NCBI GenBank assembly: GCA_965140585.1
Contig: OZ223272.1
Span: 416,001-480,000, forward strand
Origin: Spirochaetia bacterium
GTDB taxonomy: Bacteria > Spirochaetota > Spirochaetia > UBA9216
Length of the DNA: 64,000 nt
Direction of reading: 5' to 3'
Made by a program: the position numbers and the translations under genes. Below are positions 31,018 to 41,778 of this stretch, in pieces (positions within the stretch are counted from its first letter, which is position 1; every line of letters starts with the position of its first letter). Under the pieces are notes generated by a model that did no database searches, was not told where the DNA came from, and was given only the letters and a program-made list of their open reading frames with translations.

Positions 31018-32356
31018 AATCAATCATCAGGGTTTTACCGTCCCTTGTAGACTCATCATTGGCAAACACCAGGGGCTTCCCACCGCCCATAGGGTTTTCC
31101 ACAGAAATTCCCAGAGTATATTCTCCGGCAGCAGGAATATCCCATTCGATCTCGGCCGAAAAATCATAGCCGGAATCACCCGGCAGGATTGTAGTGATGT
31201 CCCAGTCCGCAGTTGTCTCTGCAACAGCATTTCCTGCAGCATCAAAAACTTCAAGTGTAACCGGCCACTTATAATAAAACGGAGCAACACCTGTGTTTAT
31301 GAATTTGCAGGAAACCGACAGGCCTGAGCCTGAATCGCTTATCTTTATATGCTGAACTGATATTGTATATCCAAGCCTGGCCGAACCGTTCTCGGCCCTT
31401 TCCTGCTTTGCAGAACTCCAGGACGGGAAACTTTCAAATACTTCATAATTGAGAAGCCAGGAAGCATGTGTCTGTTCAACACATTTCGTATAATTTTCTG
31501 ACTTAAGCGGCGGCAGCAGGTTAAATATATCAGCCTGAATATCAGGGTAAAGTTCGCCTCCTATAGGTTTGGTCTTCCATGCATCTATCTCACCCGAATC
31601 AGCCATTATCTGCAGAAAACTCCAGTCTTCCTCCGGAAGAGTTTCATAGGCGAAGCTGTCATCGTGGTAACCTGTTGATATTCCGTCGGCTTTGTGGCCG
31701 GGATACCTCAGCAGGATCTCAGTATCAGGAAAAGCATCATTCATGGCAGTAATGACCCTGAGCTGGGTATCCCGTGAAGCAAACCAGTCATCATGCGGAT
31801 AGGTATGCCATTCACCCCAGAAGCCGAGAATTCCAATTGTGATAAAACCTATACGAGGGTCACCGTTATATACCCGGCCCAGTTCCTCAATTAAATCCTC
31901 AACAGGACCAATCAGGTCTTCATCATCATAATCGGGAGATATTCCTCCGCCGTAATCGGTATAGGAATTTGTTGTGATATTAGAAAGAATAAAAGAAGGA
32001 ATACCGGTTTCGAGATCAGGATAATCAAGATAAAGCCTGAACACAGCCTGATGTCCCCGGCCTGCAATCTCATTCAGCAGCGGTTCTATTCCGCTGTCAA
32101 AGGTAAAACTTGCCGGACCGTCCATTAAGGCATTCATTGGAACATAAAACCACTCAAGGCTGCATGGAAAATTAAAATCCTGGTCGTAATAAGGCATGAA
32201 TCCTTTGAGCGGGTTATCAATCGGGGCGGCCTCTTCGGAAACACTCAGATCAGCATCAACCGGAAGGCTGTAAACCTGCCACTGAAAACCCGCGCAGGCG
32301 CTCAAAATTATTATAAAAAATAGAACAACAGAACCGGCTAAAACAATCTTTCTCAT
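31007..32356 (-). CDS. DUF4832/glycoside hydrolase-like lipoprotein
   Basis: [36 protein letters not shown]. Confidence 0.7.
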   Translation of the reverse strand: MRKIVLAGSVVLFFIIILSACAGFQWQVYSLPVDADLSVSEEAAPIDNPLKGFMPYYDQDFNFPCSLEWFYVPMNALMDGPASFTFDSGIEPLLNEIAGRGHQAVFRLYLDYPDLETGIPSFILSNITTNSYTDYGGGISPDYDDEDLIGPVEDLIEELGRVYNGDPRIGFITIGILGFWGEWHTYPHDDWFASRDTQLRVITAMNDAFPDTEILLRYPGHKADGISTGYHDDSFAYETLPEEDWSFLQIMADSGEIDAWKTKPIGGELYPDIQADIFNLLPPLKSENYTKCVEQTHASWLLNYEVFESFPSWSSAKQERAENGSARLGYTISVQHIKISDSGSGLSVSCKFINTGVAPFYYKWPVTLEVFDAAGNAVAETTADWDITTILPGDSGYDFSAEIEWDIPAAGEYTLGISVENPMGGGKPLVFANDESTRDGKTLMIDFKL

Positions 32357-32382
32357 GGTTTCAAGTATATCAGATAACTATT

Positions 32383-33339
32383 TCAGTATCTTGCCGAAAT
32401 AACTCCGCCGGCTTCAAAAACAGGGTCATAATCAGGATCGGCTGCAATCTTTACAGACCCCATAACTTCAAGTGAGAAAATATCAAAGAGGTCGGTTTTC
32501 ACTGAGGCGGCAAGACTGCTTGCGCCAAGAACTTCAATAAACGGATTAACCGAAGAATCCCCTTCAACAAAGTCGGATGAGGAAGCATTGAGACCTATAC
32601 GCAATGAGTCAACCGGATAAAAAGCAAGTTCGGCAGCATAATTATACAGAAGGTTTCCGTTGTCATCATAGAGGACTGCAATTTCAGGGGTTGTTGAAAG
32701 CCACATGCCGTTGGAGAGATCCATTACAGATTTCATCCTTGCTGTGATTATGCCCACGTCGGCGGCAAGGTAGGAATATATGGTCGAATCCCAGTCTGTC
32801 TTGTAAAAAAGATCCGGCTGCAGATATCCCCATCCCAGAGAAATTTCAGTTTCCGGAAAGATATAGTAACCGGCTCTAAGAGCAAGGATATGATACCTTA
32901 GGACTGCAACGGTGGTTTCATCTGTTTTCCACCTTATCCGCTTGTCTTCCAGTGGTATTTCAACAATCAGAGGAAAACCGTCATAGACCCACCTCAGATC
33001 AAGATCAAAGCCTACCGTTGTATTGTCCAGGCTGTTGACGGTATCATCGATTGAAGTCTGTTTGAGATTGGTAAAAAACTGTGCCTGAATATCAGCCCAT
33101 CCGACCTGGTTGAGAAAGGCGGCTTCTTCCGAAGGGGCTCCATTCCGTTCAACCCTTCCAAAATAAAAAGTAAAATCAGGATTGGTATTAAACTCACCGG
33201 AACTCTGATCAAATGTATAGTTCATTCCCGTTCCGCATTCAAACATAAACGAATCCTTCGATGAAAACACATCAATGCCAAAAGCTGAGACCGTGCTCAT
33301 GGCAAGAAGGAATAGTGATATAGCCTTTTTAATCCTCAT
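32383..33339 (-). CDS. Exported hypothetical protein, possible outer-membrane beta-barrel
   Basis: Signal peptide, alternating beta-strand pattern, terminal aromatic residue. Confidence 0.5.
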   Translation of the reverse strand: MRIKKAISLFLLAMSTVSAFGIDVFSSKDSFMFECGTGMNYTFDQSSGEFNTNPDFTFYFGRVERNGAPSEEAAFLNQVGWADIQAQFFTNLKQTSIDDTVNSLDNTTVGFDLDLRWVYDGFPLIVEIPLEDKRIRWKTDETTVAVLRYHILALRAGYYIFPETEISLGWGYLQPDLFYKTDWDSTIYSYLAADVGIITARMKSVMDLSNGMWLSTTPEIAVLYDDNGNLLYNYAAELAFYPVDSLRIGLNASSSDFVEGDSSVNPFIEVLGASSLAASVKTDLFDIFSLEVMGSVKIAADPDYDPVFEAGGVISARY

Positions 33340-33373
33340 TTTTAATCCTCCATTTTCGTTTGATATAATAATA

Positions 33374-33898
33374 TCACAATCCGGAGAGATATCTTGCGGT
33401 GTTAATATTGCGTACGGTCATCTGCCGGTAATGTTTATGCCCGGCCAGCTTGCTGAGCTGACTTTTATTCTGATTTTTTCTTTCAACATGCCAGAGCACT
33501 GCACCCGGGGTATAGCTGATATCAAGGTATTCTCTTTTAACCGGAAGTTCATCAATAATCTCCGGGTAATCGATAGCTGAGAAAAGAAAGGCTACATCTG
33601 TTTTCTGCTCTGAGTCATTCTGCCAGGTTTCAGGAATTTGAGACACAATCCGCTTAATCTCATCCTGCAAAATAACCAGCGTCGGCACCTCAAAGCCGAA
33701 CTCGTCCTCAATCAGCTTCATAATAATCCCGGTAAGTTCACCGGCTTCCCTGTCAGAGTTAAAAATCACATTCCCCGAGTTAAGATATGTCTCGGCACCG
33801 CTAAGCGAAGCTTCTTCAAAAAGTTTACGGAGAATCTTCATATCGACCTTCCGTTTCCCGCCTACATTTATTCCTCTTAAGAGTGCTGTATATTTCAT
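33374..33898 (-). CDS. DUF1697 family protein
   Basis: YTALLRGINVGG, TYLNSGNVIF, TVRNINT. Confidence 0.9.
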   Translation of the reverse strand: MKYTALLRGINVGGKRKVDMKILRKLFEEASLSGAETYLNSGNVIFNSDREAGELTGIIMKLIEDEFGFEVPTLVILQDEIKRIVSQIPETWQNDSEQKTDVAFLFSAIDYPEIIDELPVKREYLDISYTPGAVLWHVERKNQNKSQLSKLAGHKHYRQMTVRNINTARYLSGL

Positions 33899-33931
33899 TT
33901 TTAAATTATATCACAGAGCCTTGGCTTAATG

Positions 33932-34819
33932 TCAGCAATCATTGAGTTTAACAAACTGCTTAAAACTATCAATAAACGCTGCAGGAGAGCTGCTGCTGTA
34001 TACAAAATACAGCTCCCTGATAAGAGGACCGAAGGCCAGCGGGCAGGTCTTGATTGAACCTAAAATCAGTTCTTTTTCAATTGCGGTCCGGGACATTACC
34101 GAGCATCCGTATCCTGCTTCTACAAGCGATTTGATTGCACTCAAACTGCCTACTTCCATAATAACTGTTTCCTCAGGCAGGTGCACACTATGTTCTTTAA
34201 GATACTCCTCCCAGTAATACCTCGTACCGGAACCCAGCTCTCTGAGAATCAACCGGGCACCTGAAAGCTCTTTCAGTCCTGCAGCAGAACAACCGGGTGG
34301 GATATAAGCATCAGTACCAATAAAAACCATCTCATCCTTTATAAAAAGTTCTGAGTAATATTTATCCTTTGGAAATGGACCTTCAACCATTGCCAAATCA
34401 ATAGTCCCCTCATCAAGAAGCCGGAGTATCTCCCTTGTGTTTTCAATCCTTATAACAAGTTCCAGCTGCGGGTTAATCTGACGGTATTTTCCGATGTATG
34501 ACGGCAGGATATACTCACCGATGGTCAGCGTAGCGCCTATTGTATAACGCTTCTTCGAGCCCAGCATGTTCTGAAGACCTTTTTCAAGACCGGCACTTAT
34601 ATTCCGCACCTGCTTAGCGGCCTCAAGTACCATATTTCCGGCACCAGTCAAACTCAGCTTTCTGCCTCTGTGTTCAAACAGAGGCACACCGTAAATATAT
34701 TCAAGAGCTTTAATATGCTGGGATACTGCAGACTGGGTCAATCCAAGGCTATCTGCAGCCTTCAGAAGAGTACCCTTTTCAACAACTGCAATCAGTGTTT
34801 TTATACGATAGTCAAGCAT
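33932..34819 (-). CDS. LysR family regulator
   Basis: AADSLGLTQSAVSQHIKALE HTH; RELGSGTR. Confidence 0.92.
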   Translation of the reverse strand: MLDYRIKTLIAVVEKGTLLKAADSLGLTQSAVSQHIKALEYIYGVPLFEHRGRKLSLTGAGNMVLEAAKQVRNISAGLEKGLQNMLGSKKRYTIGATLTIGEYILPSYIGKYRQINPQLELVIRIENTREILRLLDEGTIDLAMVEGPFPKDKYYSELFIKDEMVFIGTDAYIPPGCSAAGLKELSGARLILRELGSGTRYYWEEYLKEHSVHLPEETVIMEVGSLSAIKSLVEAGYGCSVMSRTAIEKELILGSIKTCPLAFGPLIRELYFVYSSSSPAAFIDSFKQFVKLNDC

Positions 34820-34936
34820 AGGTGAATGATAGGCAAATAAGGCTGAAAAGTAAAGTTATTCTTAAGTTTAATGAAAATAATATAAATTTTAGTTAATTAT
34901 TATTTCTTATATAATTCATAGAACCCAAAGGAGACC

Positions 34937-35914
34937 ATGATGCTGAAAATATTACCCGGCCTGGGTATCTGTATTACTGTTGCCCTGATTTCACTCTTTA
35001 CAGCCGAATACTTCATTATCGGCGGCGTCACAATTGCCATACTTGCCGGAATAATAATCGGAAACCTGATAAAGATACCTGCACGCCTTACAAGCGGAAT
35101 AAAATTCTCTGAGAAAAAATTACTTCCTGTGGCAATTGCCCTTATGGGCTTCAGTCTTAATTACACAATACTCATAGAGCTGGGACTGCCCGTCATCATC
35201 ATGATTATATGCGGCGTTGCCTTTACCATAAGCTTTTCAATGTTTACAGGAAGGCTGCTTGGAATGGACAGAGAGCTTAACCTTCTGGTTGGAATAGGCA
35301 ACGCAGTCTGTGGGAGCTCCGCAATTGCAGCAGCCCAGGGCGTCATTAAAACTAAAGATGAGTACGCAGGCATATCGATAGGAATCATCAATCTGCTTGG
35401 AACCCTTGGCATTTTTCTGCTGCCGTTCCTCGCCCTTATACTTCCAGGGTTTTCCGACAGGGAATCAGGAATGCTTATAGGCAATACACTTCAGGCGGTT
35501 GGCCAGGTTACAGCCGCCGGATTTTCAATTGGTGATGAACCTGGGAAAATTGCTACAATAGTAAAAATGGGCAGGGTTCTGCTGATATCTCCGATAGTTC
35601 TTCTGCTCAATTTCCGAAAAAACGGAAAAACTAAATCTGCCGGTAAGATTCCGGGAATACCTGTTTACATCCTGCTGTTTATATTATTTTCCATAGTGTC
35701 ATCAACAGGAATAATTCCTGCCCGGTTAATTTCAATTTTAAAGTGGATTTCGGAGTTTAGCCTGATAACTGCAATGGCGGCGACAGGAATGAATATCAGG
35801 TTTAAGACACTGCTTACAAGCGGCAAAAAAGCCCTGCTTACAGGATTCATAACTTTCGGCGGACAGATCGTATTCTCGACAGCGATGATTTACCTTTTAA
35901 ATTATTTGTTTTAG
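34937..35914 (+). CDS. YeiH/putative sulfate exporter family membrane protein
   Basis: GNAVCGSSAIAA, KMGRVLL; divergent from the LysR gene. Confidence 0.88.
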   Translation: MMLKILPGLGICITVALISLFTAEYFIIGGVTIAILAGIIIGNLIKIPARLTSGIKFSEKKLLPVAIALMGFSLNYTILIELGLPVIIMIICGVAFTISFSMFTGRLLGMDRELNLLVGIGNAVCGSSAIAAAQGVIKTKDEYAGISIGIINLLGTLGIFLLPFLALILPGFSDRESGMLIGNTLQAVGQVTAAGFSIGDEPGKIATIVKMGRVLLISPIVLLLNFRKNGKTKSAGKIPGIPVYILLFILFSIVSSTGIIPARLISILKWISEFSLITAMAATGMNIRFKTLLTSGKKALLTGFITFGGQIVFSTAMIYLLNYLF

Positions 35915-36409
35915 AAGATATTCCAGAAACATTGTATCTCTGATTACCCAGCGGGGGAAATCGGTTTTTGATTCAATTATTTTTTTATTGTTTTTAACCG
36001 CTGATTTTATATCAACCCAGATCGGAGTAAACTCCAGCTCTTTTTCGTATTGGTCCAGATTCTGTCCTGAGGTCCTGATATTTGATATACCGCAACGGTA
36101 ATAGATAGAATCCATCCTGAAAAAATCAAGGGCCTCTTCCACAGGAGCATCATACTCGGCAATATGCCCGAGCAGCTCACCAACTTCAGTGCCGTCAAGT
36201 CCGCATTCTTCTCGTACTTCACGAACAAGAGCCTGCTGATGGCTCTCTCCTTCTTCAATTCCGCCGCCGGGGAATTTGTAATCGCCGTTAACACCTGAGT
36301 GAATCATAAGGATACTGCGGTTCCGAACAATTACAGCCCTGACTGCCGTTCTTACATGCCCCTTCCCGTCGACTTTTAATCCCTCTTTATGAAATATAAC
36401 TTTTTCCAT
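35897..36409 (-). CDS. NUDIX hydrolase
   Basis: PGGGIEEGESHQQALVREVREECG Nudix box. Confidence 0.92.
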   Translation of the reverse strand: MEKVIFHKEGLKVDGKGHVRTAVRAVIVRNRSILMIHSGVNGDYKFPGGGIEEGESHQQALVREVREECGLDGTEVGELLGHIAEYDAPVEEALDFFRMDSIYYRCGISNIRTSGQNLDQYEKELEFTPIWVDIKSAVKNNKKIIESKTDFPRWVIRDTMFLEYLLKQII

Positions 36410-36430
36410 TAAATAACCTTTTTAGTGTTT

Positions 36431-36877
36431 TCAGCAAAGACGCATTTGATAGCCCTTCTTGGATGTTCCGTCAAATCCTATTTTCTCATAAAACCGGTGT
36501 GCATCTTCACGTTCTGAACTGCTGAGAAGCATAACCTTATAGCAGTTCTGTTCACGGGTAAGCTCAACAGCTTTTATTATTACGTTCCGGGCGTAGCCCT
36601 GTCTGCGGAAAGCCGGGTCGGTTACCACATTCTCAATTACGGCGTAGGGCCGCTGGTTTCTGGTGATGTTGGGAATAACCGAGACCGTACAGGAAGAAAC
36701 TGCCTGTCCAGCGGCATAGGCTATCAGGCAGCTGATTTTCGGGTCTTTAATAATCTGAAGCCAGGTATCCGCATAATGGCCTGAATTGGAGTAATCCTCA
36801 TCAGGATGCAGCTGTGCATACAGTTTCAGAACATCCTCCAGATCACCTTCTTCTGCGGTTTTTATCAATACCGGCAT
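36431..36877 (-). CDS. GNAT acetyltransferase
   Basis: IENVVTDPAFRRQGYA, AHRFYEKIGF. Confidence 0.9.
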   Translation of the reverse strand: MPVLIKTAEEGDLEDVLKLYAQLHPDEDYSNSGHYADTWLQIIKDPKISCLIAYAAGQAVSSCTVSVIPNITRNQRPYAVIENVVTDPAFRRQGYARNVIIKAVELTREQNCYKVMLLSSSEREDAHRFYEKIGFDGTSKKGYQMRLC

Positions 36878-36880
36878 TTC

Positions 36881-37126
36881 TTAACCTTGGAGAACTCCGA
36901 GGGCGCCAAGAGCATGAAATGTAATTGCTCCGCAGTTTCTGCACGCTATTATTGCCACAGGAACAGAAGCCCCTTCCATATCAGTCCCGCTGTTTATATC
37001 ATCCTGCAATATCACTTTTGAAAAACTGTTCATGACAGTAAAGTTTTCTGTTCCGCATCTGTGACATGGAAGCAATGCCTTTTTTTCATTAAGCAGTCTG
37101 ATTATTTCATTCTTATCTATTTTCAT
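36881..37126 (-). CDS. Small zinc-finger hypothetical protein
   Basis: CHRCG...CRNCG. Confidence 0.65.
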   Translation of the reverse strand: MKIDKNEIIRLLNEKKALLPCHRCGTENFTVMNSFSKVILQDDINSGTDMEGASVPVAIIACRNCGAITFHALGALGVLQG

Positions 37127-37198
37127 GATTGTACTCCTTGATTGCCGGCTCCAGTATACGGTTCTGCTTAGTATCTCTCAAGGGGACAGCCTCTCTTT

Positions 37199-37912
37199 TC
37201 AAAGTTCATCCTGATAATCAAGCCTTACGAATCTATAACCTTCAGAGCGAAGACCGGTTATAATTAGTCTCACTGATTCAACAAACTCTTGCGCATCAGA
37301 ATCTTTGCCGTCATGAAGATAGATCACAGCACATGGTCCTGCATTTTCAATAACCTCGGCTGCAACTTTTTCCGAATCAAACGGTCTGATATATTCAGAG
37401 GACGGATCAAAGGAACCGGTCACAAGAGTTTTATCCATTGCTTTAAGAACCAGCGGCAGAACAATATATTTTGAAGAATATGGCGGCTGAAAATACTGAA
37501 TATTAATCTGGCCTGCTGATTTAATAAGACCGTCGGTCTTGGTTATCTGATTTCTGACAAAACTGAAAGATTTAAAAATCATTCGCGGGTGGTCATAAGA
37601 GTGATTTCCTATGAGATGTCCCTTTTCATACACCTGCCGGGCGATATCAAGATATCTTTCTATATTTTCACCAAGCATAAAAAAAGAAGCTTTAACATTA
37701 TTTTCTTCAAGCATAGTTAAAAGAGCAGGCGTTCTTTTCTCAGACGGGCCGTCATCAAAAGTAAGTGCGACAACTTTTTCATCTCCGGCAAGCCGGTACA
37801 AAGGGCGAATAAACAGGGCATTCTGCCAAGACCTGCTGTACTGAAATGAAGCAGCTGCAGCTATTACGAGAACAAATACAGTCAGAAGACCGGCGATAAT
37901 TATTCTTTTCAT
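37199..37912 (-). CDS. Polysaccharide deacetylase
   Basis: LTFDDGP, GNHSYDH, YLHDG. Confidence 0.9.
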   Translation of the reverse strand: MKRIIIAGLLTVFVLVIAAAASFQYSRSWQNALFIRPLYRLAGDEKVVALTFDDGPSEKRTPALLTMLEENNVKASFFMLGENIERYLDIARQVYEKGHLIGNHSYDHPRMIFKSFSFVRNQITKTDGLIKSAGQINIQYFQPPYSSKYIVLPLVLKAMDKTLVTGSFDPSSEYIRPFDSEKVAAEVIENAGPCAVIYLHDGKDSDAQEFVESVRLIITGLRSEGYRFVRLDYQDEL

Positions 37913-38202
37913 TTACTCATTGGAACATACCACAATCTTACTTTAAAAGTAAGCAGGCCTTTCTTTACAGCCGGATCGTCGGAGGCAAACTTTTCAATTT
38001 CTTCCATGGAAACACCCTCTTCTGCAATCATCATCCCTCCGGAATCTGCATCAGAAAAGGGTCCACCCATTCGAAGTTTCCCTGACTCCATCAGCTTTGA
38101 ATAATGTTCTACATGTTCAATAATTCCAGGCTGATTTCTAAAATCAAATTCATCCTGCCAATTTGGTCCCGGATAATGAAAGACTACACAATGCATTCCC
38201 AT
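37909..38202 (-). CDS. YciI family protein
   Basis: EH..., GGPF, DDPAV. Confidence 0.8.
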   Translation of the reverse strand: MGMHCVVFHYPGPNWQDEFDFRNQPGIIEHVEHYSKLMESGKLRMGGPFSDADSGGMMIAEEGVSMEEIEKFASDDPAVKKGLLTFKVRLWYVPMSK

Positions 38203-38248
38203 AATTCACTCCTGATTGAATAATACTAAGTTCCTGCTTCGCAGGAAA

Positions 38249-39108
38249 CTAAAACATATCGTTTATTTTTATCTTTGGATGATGGTATTTAACGCCGGGG
38301 GCTCTGCTCCAGTACTGTATAGCTCCATTAGGGCACCATTCATCACAGGCAAAACACACTTCACACCTGTGCATGAATTGGGGACTTCCATTTATTATTT
38401 CAATATTTTTTACAGGACATATCCTTGCACAGATTCCGCATCCAATACAATTATCATTTATTTTAATACTTCTATCTGTCAGAGGTAATAATTCATTACA
38501 GATTAAAGAAGGGTTAACCTCTTCTGCATATCCTCTCACGCTGTTTAATGTAGCATTTGTCATTATTTTAAAAAGGGGCTGTATTATAAAATTGAATAAT
38601 GTATTCGAAATTTCAAATTGCCCCCTGTGCTGCTTCCAATTTGTTTACTGATTTTTTGTAATTTTGACTCGGCTTGCGTTAATATATGCTGAGTTCTTTT
38701 TTCTATAGGAACCGGGATATGTTCATAATCAAGGTTATTCATCGGAAGCCGCAGTGAAAATCTTCTTTCCAACCTGCTCCCAGCCGATTCAATTATTTTT
38801 TTCAGCTTTATCAATGAAGGATCGGCGTTTACTATTTCATATCCTCCGCATGTCCAGACAGCGGTTATCTTTTTCAATTCTATATCCTCAATTGCCCTAA
38901 CGAACCTTTCTACAATCAGAGGAACTCCGCAAGCAGCAGCCAGATATGACGGAAAGACAATAATTATTCGTTCGGCCAGTACAGTATTATCAGAGCTCTT
39001 CAGGAACTGAGGTATTGAGATTACTATAAAATTATTTTCTGTCCCTATCATTCTGGCTGTGTACAGACAGTTTCCTGTACCGGAAAAATAATAAATTTCA
39101 GTACTCAA
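38249..39108 (-). pseudogene. EFR1-type flavodoxin/ferredoxin, apparently split by a frameshift
   Basis: YFSGTGN flavodoxin half (38584-39108) and CIGCGICARICP/CEVCFACDEWCP ferredoxin half (38249-38563) lie in different frames; these normally form one protein. Confidence 0.7.
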
Positions 39109-39587
39109 TCAATAAACTCCGGTAATATCTGATTCATACTGGTAGGCAACAAGGCCATTGCCGCAACCAAATCTATTGCCTTTGTTCTAATTTCCGGATT
39201 TATATTTTCAATAAGATTCAAAATATAGTCTTCGACTATTGGTCGAGCCATAGCCTGATCCTCTTTGAAAATATATATTACAGTATCAGTATAACCCTGT
39301 ACCATCCTGCCTGGAAACAGATTGTTTGTGTTTTCATTTGTAATGTATGTGCATACACCTTCTGAAGAAAGCAGAGATCGAAGCATCAGTTTATCTGATT
39401 GTGCAAAAATTCGAACAAACGGGATAATATCTTTACCCTCTGAATTTTCAATAAATTCCTGATTATAATCAAGCGCTTCATCCTCTAATCTTTCATGGGT
39501 ACCGATGCTTTTTGATTTTTTATTTTTATAAAAACCAACAATCATTATTATTGCTATTGCCAGAAAAATCAAAACAGCATTACTCAT
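39105..39587 (-). CDS. Membrane-anchored hypothetical protein (DUF2007-like)
   Basis: N-terminal TM; LRSLLSSEGV...NENTNNLFP pattern. Confidence 0.55.
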   Translation of the reverse strand: MSNAVLIFLAIAIIMIVGFYKNKKSKSIGTHERLEDEALDYNQEFIENSEGKDIIPFVRIFAQSDKLMLRSLLSSEGVCTYITNENTNNLFPGRMVQGYTDTVIYIFKEDQAMARPIVEDYILNLIENINPEIRTKAIDLVAAMALLPTSMNQILPEFID

Positions 39588-39633
39588 AAAACCTCTCTTT
39601 TACTGAAACGCAAAGTGATTCACTTACTTCCTG

Positions 39634-39769
39634 TTATATAAAAGCAGGAATGATAAATCGTGTAATAATATCATGGGTTATTAGCCTTATCAGGTATTCC
39701 AACGTTTCTAATTTTCTCGAAAAACTCTGACAGTTTTCCATTAACTTTTGTGTATACATATTCTTGCAT
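39634..39769 (-). pseudogene. Fused cassette remnant: 32-codon fragment (DUF5343-like N-terminus) joined to the 3' tail of a serine hydrolase paralogue
   Basis: GAGGAGG RBS + MQEYVYTKVNGKLSEFFEKIRNVGIPDKANNP*; 39641-39674 resembles the end of the 48377 gene. Confidence 0.5.
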
Positions 39770-39965
39770 TTTTTCCTCCTCTGAAATCATTCAAAAACAG
39801 TTTTATATGATTAAATCGATATTTATTACTGTCAAATAGTATCATAGTAACAATATTTGACATAGTTTTTTATCTAATCACCTCTTTCAATAAATAGTAC
39901 ATTTATATCCCTTCTTCGCCCGTCGGCCGGAGGTCCGGGCGTCTTCTTCTTGTCGGGCTCATTGC

Positions 39966-40055
39966 ACATAACGTCTGCGGTTATATGACGTTTGGCGCAG
40001 CCAAATGTGCCGCAGGCCGAGGCCGAATGGCCGATGCAAATAACCGCTGTTATAT
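39966..40055 (-). other. attC site 1
   Basis: acataac...gcggttat/ataaccgc...gttatat, 90 bp. Confidence 0.88.
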
Positions 40056-40195
40056 AAAGTACTTGGGCTCACTAGTTTCTTCCCCAAAAGACAAGGACGT
40101 ATTTTGGGATCCAATATTAATCTACTTCTTTTCTCTTCAACTCTTACTCTTCAATCTCTTTATTTCAATAATGTTCCTAACTTTATCATAGAATA

Positions 40196-40711
40196 TTAAA
40201 TATTTGTTTTTTTGTTAATATTGTAGATCATTAAAAATTCCTCTTCATTCTCACCTATTATTTGGAACCCTATGTTTTGATACATCTTTAAAGCGTAGTT
40301 ATCTTTTTGTACAGCTAAACTTGCTTTCTTAAAACCTTTATCTCTTAATAATTTCAACATTGAAATCATCAAAGAAGTACCAATTCCATATCCTCTAAAA
40401 TCTTTTAGAATCGATATTGCGAACTCTGGAGTTTTATCATCTATATTCCCAAAGCCTTTGATTTGTTCGGATAATATCCTAACCCAAACACAGCCTATTA
40501 TTTCTTTTTCATATTCTGCTACTAAGCAATAATCTGATTCTTTTCCAAACTCCGCAATATAAACCTGAAGTTCAGGCTTTTTAATTATATCTTTTGGCAG
40601 TCGATCCTTATTATTCTTTTGAAATATTGCCTCGTAGAGAAAATTGTCTAATACATAAATTTCCGATGTTTTAATGTTTCTAATCTTGTAGTTGATTTGA
40701 TTCTTTTTCAT
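40196..40711 (-). CDS. GNAT acetyltransferase cassette
   Basis: PEFAISILKDFRGYGIGT, ALKMYQNIGF. Confidence 0.9.
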   Translation of the reverse strand: MKKNQINYKIRNIKTSEIYVLDNFLYEAIFQKNNKDRLPKDIIKKPELQVYIAEFGKESDYCLVAEYEKEIIGCVWVRILSEQIKGFGNIDDKTPEFAISILKDFRGYGIGTSLMISMLKLLRDKGFKKASLAVQKDNYALKMYQNIGFQIIGENEEEFLMIYNINKKTNI

Positions 40712-40823
40712 AATTTCTCAATAATTTCTATCATAAAATTTTTCAATCCTTCTCTTACCCTTTTTCTCTTTTTCTTCACGAGCCAGGACGGCGAGTGCTG
40801 AATCCTCTTCGCCCAAGTATTTC

Positions 40824-40906
40824 ATATAACGTCCCGGGGTTAAGCGAAGTTGCGAAGCAATTTGGGCGCAGGCCGAAGGGCCGGAGCCGCTTAACCCCTG
40901 TTATCT
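40824..40906 (-). other. attC site 2
   Basis: atataac...ggggttaagcg/cgcttaacccc...gttatct, 83 bp. Confidence 0.88.
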
Positions 40907-40958
40907 GAAGTATTGTGGCTTAAGCCGTAATTACAGGACGTAATTACGGCTTTCTTCT

Positions 40959-41183
40959 CTACGATAACTCTCGAGCTTCTCTAATAACATCAAGAATTTC
41001 TTTGGTTGTAACTTTACTTTTAATTCCTGGAACATCAAATGGCGATTTGCTTTCATTTTTAGTAAGCGGTACAATCTTAAATCTGCTTCCATCCTTCTTT
41101 GCTATTATGACATCTTCTTCTGCTGCCATATTCAATATTGAAGCAAAATTCTGCCTAGCTTCTGAATAATTAAAAACTCTCAT
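40959..41183 (-). CDS. Phd/YefM family antitoxin
   Basis: NYSEARQNFASILNMAAEEDVII. Confidence 0.85.
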   Translation of the reverse strand: MRVFNYSEARQNFASILNMAAEEDVIIAKKDGSRFKIVPLTKNESKSPFDVPGIKSKVTTKEILDVIREARELS

Positions 41184-41576
41184 TCAGACCTCCAATAAGT
41201 GGACTCCTAAATCATTAGCCACTTCTTTCATTCTATTATCCAAACTCAACAAACTGCATTTGTATCGTTTTGCTATTTCCAAATAATACGCATCGTAAGC
41301 ATATATTCCATAATCTGCTGCTATTACTAATGAGTTTTGAATATTAACATCAATCAAACGCACTGGTATTTTCTGAAATATTGAATAACAATCAATTATT
41401 TGACTCTTATCTAATCTATTTCTTTTATACATTACAGATAGAGCGTTTCCCACTTCGAAAGGTAAAACAACCGGTGATATCAGATCATCTTCCTGAGTTA
41501 ATCCAATTATTTTGCTTTTTTCCGGCTCATCGAGAATTACTGCTAAATATATGTTTGCATCTACCAATATACTCAT
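41184..41576 (-). CDS. PIN-domain (VapC-like) toxin
   Basis: LVDANI, EVGNAL, YDAYY, LSLD; likely start at the ATG at 41576. Confidence 0.88.
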   Translation of the reverse strand: MSILVDANIYLAVILDEPEKSKIIGLTQEDDLISPVVLPFEVGNALSVMYKRNRLDKSQIIDCYSIFQKIPVRLIDVNIQNSLVIAADYGIYAYDAYYLEIAKRYKCSLLSLDNRMKEVANDLGVHLLEV

Positions 41577-41667
41577 GTGTACATTGTACAACACTTTTTA
41601 AATTTTATCAATCTTAATTCTTTCTAACGAGCCAAGGAAGGCGAGTTTCTTCAAACCACAATATTTC

Positions 41668-41749
41668 GGATAACGTTCTGAGAATAGGCGAAGTTGGCCA
41701 CAGGCCAATTTGGGTGAAGCGAAGCGGAACCGCCTATTCTCTGTTACAG
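41668..41749 (-). other. attC site 3
   Basis: ggataac...gagaataggcg/cgcctattctc...gttacag, 82 bp. Confidence 0.85.
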
Positions 41750-41778
41750 GAAGTTGATTGAGCTACCTTAGTTCAATC

